NCBI GenBank assembly: GCA_951406725.2
Contig: OX597821.1
Location: 7,998,001-8,062,000, forward strand
From: Octopus vulgaris
Lineage: Eukaryota
DNA: 64,000 bases
Direction of reading: 5' to 3'
Below the pieces are notes generated by a model, which did not search any database, was not told the DNA's origin, and saw only the letters and a program-made list of their open reading frames with translations. A program made the position numbers and the translations under genes. Each line of letters opens with the position of its first letter. Positions within the stretch are counted from its first letter, which is position 1. Shown here piece by piece: positions 63,400 through 64,000 of this stretch.

Positions 63400-64000
63400 A
63401 AATCCTTAAATCCTTAAAAATGTTTTAGCCCGAAGGCCGCGGCCATGCTGGGGCACCACCGCTGAATGAGCTACACTAGTTTGTGAATCCACCTCTGATA
63501 CGTGGCACTTGATCAACAAGGGAGTTCGATGCTGCTGCCCGCATCCGTGTCTCCTGTCGTGAGGTAGGTTCATCTGGGACTCCCAACAAGAAGAGATCCA
63601 GTTTAGTTTTAAAGAAACCCACATCCACACCATGTAAGTCTCTCAGGCATTTAGGGAGGATGTTAAAGAGCTGTGGTCCTCTGAAACCCAAGCTGTTGCA
63701 GTATCTGGACCTGTATTTTGATGGTGATGTTGGAATCCTTGGCACCACGCAGCGGCGCCCCGTTCTGCGGTTGGAGTAACTTTGAATGCCAAAGTTTGGG
63801 ACAAGACCCTCCAGGATTTTCCAGATGTATATCACTGCATATCTCTCCCGCCTCCGCTCCAGGGAGAAGAGGTTTAATACCTTCAGTCTTTCCCAGTAGC
63901 TGACATTTTGCATTGAGACGATTTTCTTTGTGTAGCTTCTCTGAGTTGCTTCGAGTTCTGCTGTTTGTTTTATATTGTGTGGTGACCAAAGTTGGGAGCA
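63400..64000 (-). mobile_element. CR1-group LINE 3' portion (ORF2 C-terminus and 3' UTR), continuing beyond the window
   Basis: SYWERLKVLNLFSLERRRERY...GPQLFNILP...FKTKLDLFL..VPDEP; short tandem tail (TTTAAGGA)n. Confidence 0.88.

Overview
Repeat-dense, AT-rich animal genomic DNA. The SINE/LINE families and microsatellite load suggest a coleoid cephalopod, most likely Octopus (inference). Two spliced genes can be rebuilt on the + strand. (1) A CWC25-like splicing-factor gene with 8 coding exons (20912-34336, 360 aa). Its CpG-rich promoter and non-coding exon 1 appear to lie near 5600-5860, and the protein lacks the conserved N-terminal MGGGDLNLKKSWHP (Cir_N) segment. (2) The 5' part of an RPP38-like RNase P/MRP subunit gene (exons at 38221, 42298 and 58456), which continues past the window. 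Inside the first intron of the CWC25-like unit is an intact single-exon ORF (10567-11046) with its own splice acceptor. It encodes only a Tc1/mariner-type HTH DNA-binding region (DUF4817-like) and is a candidate domesticated transposase gene sharing the promoter. The remainder comprises tRNA-derived SINEs, CR1/RTE/R4-Dong/CRE/Penelope remnants, three hammerhead-like motifs, mariner and MITE/foldback elements, Helitron pieces, a 5S rRNA-derived fragment, long intronic inverted repeats and a 3.7 kb satellite of 42/33-bp units. Gene models and family names come from reading the sequence and recalling homologues; no database search was run.
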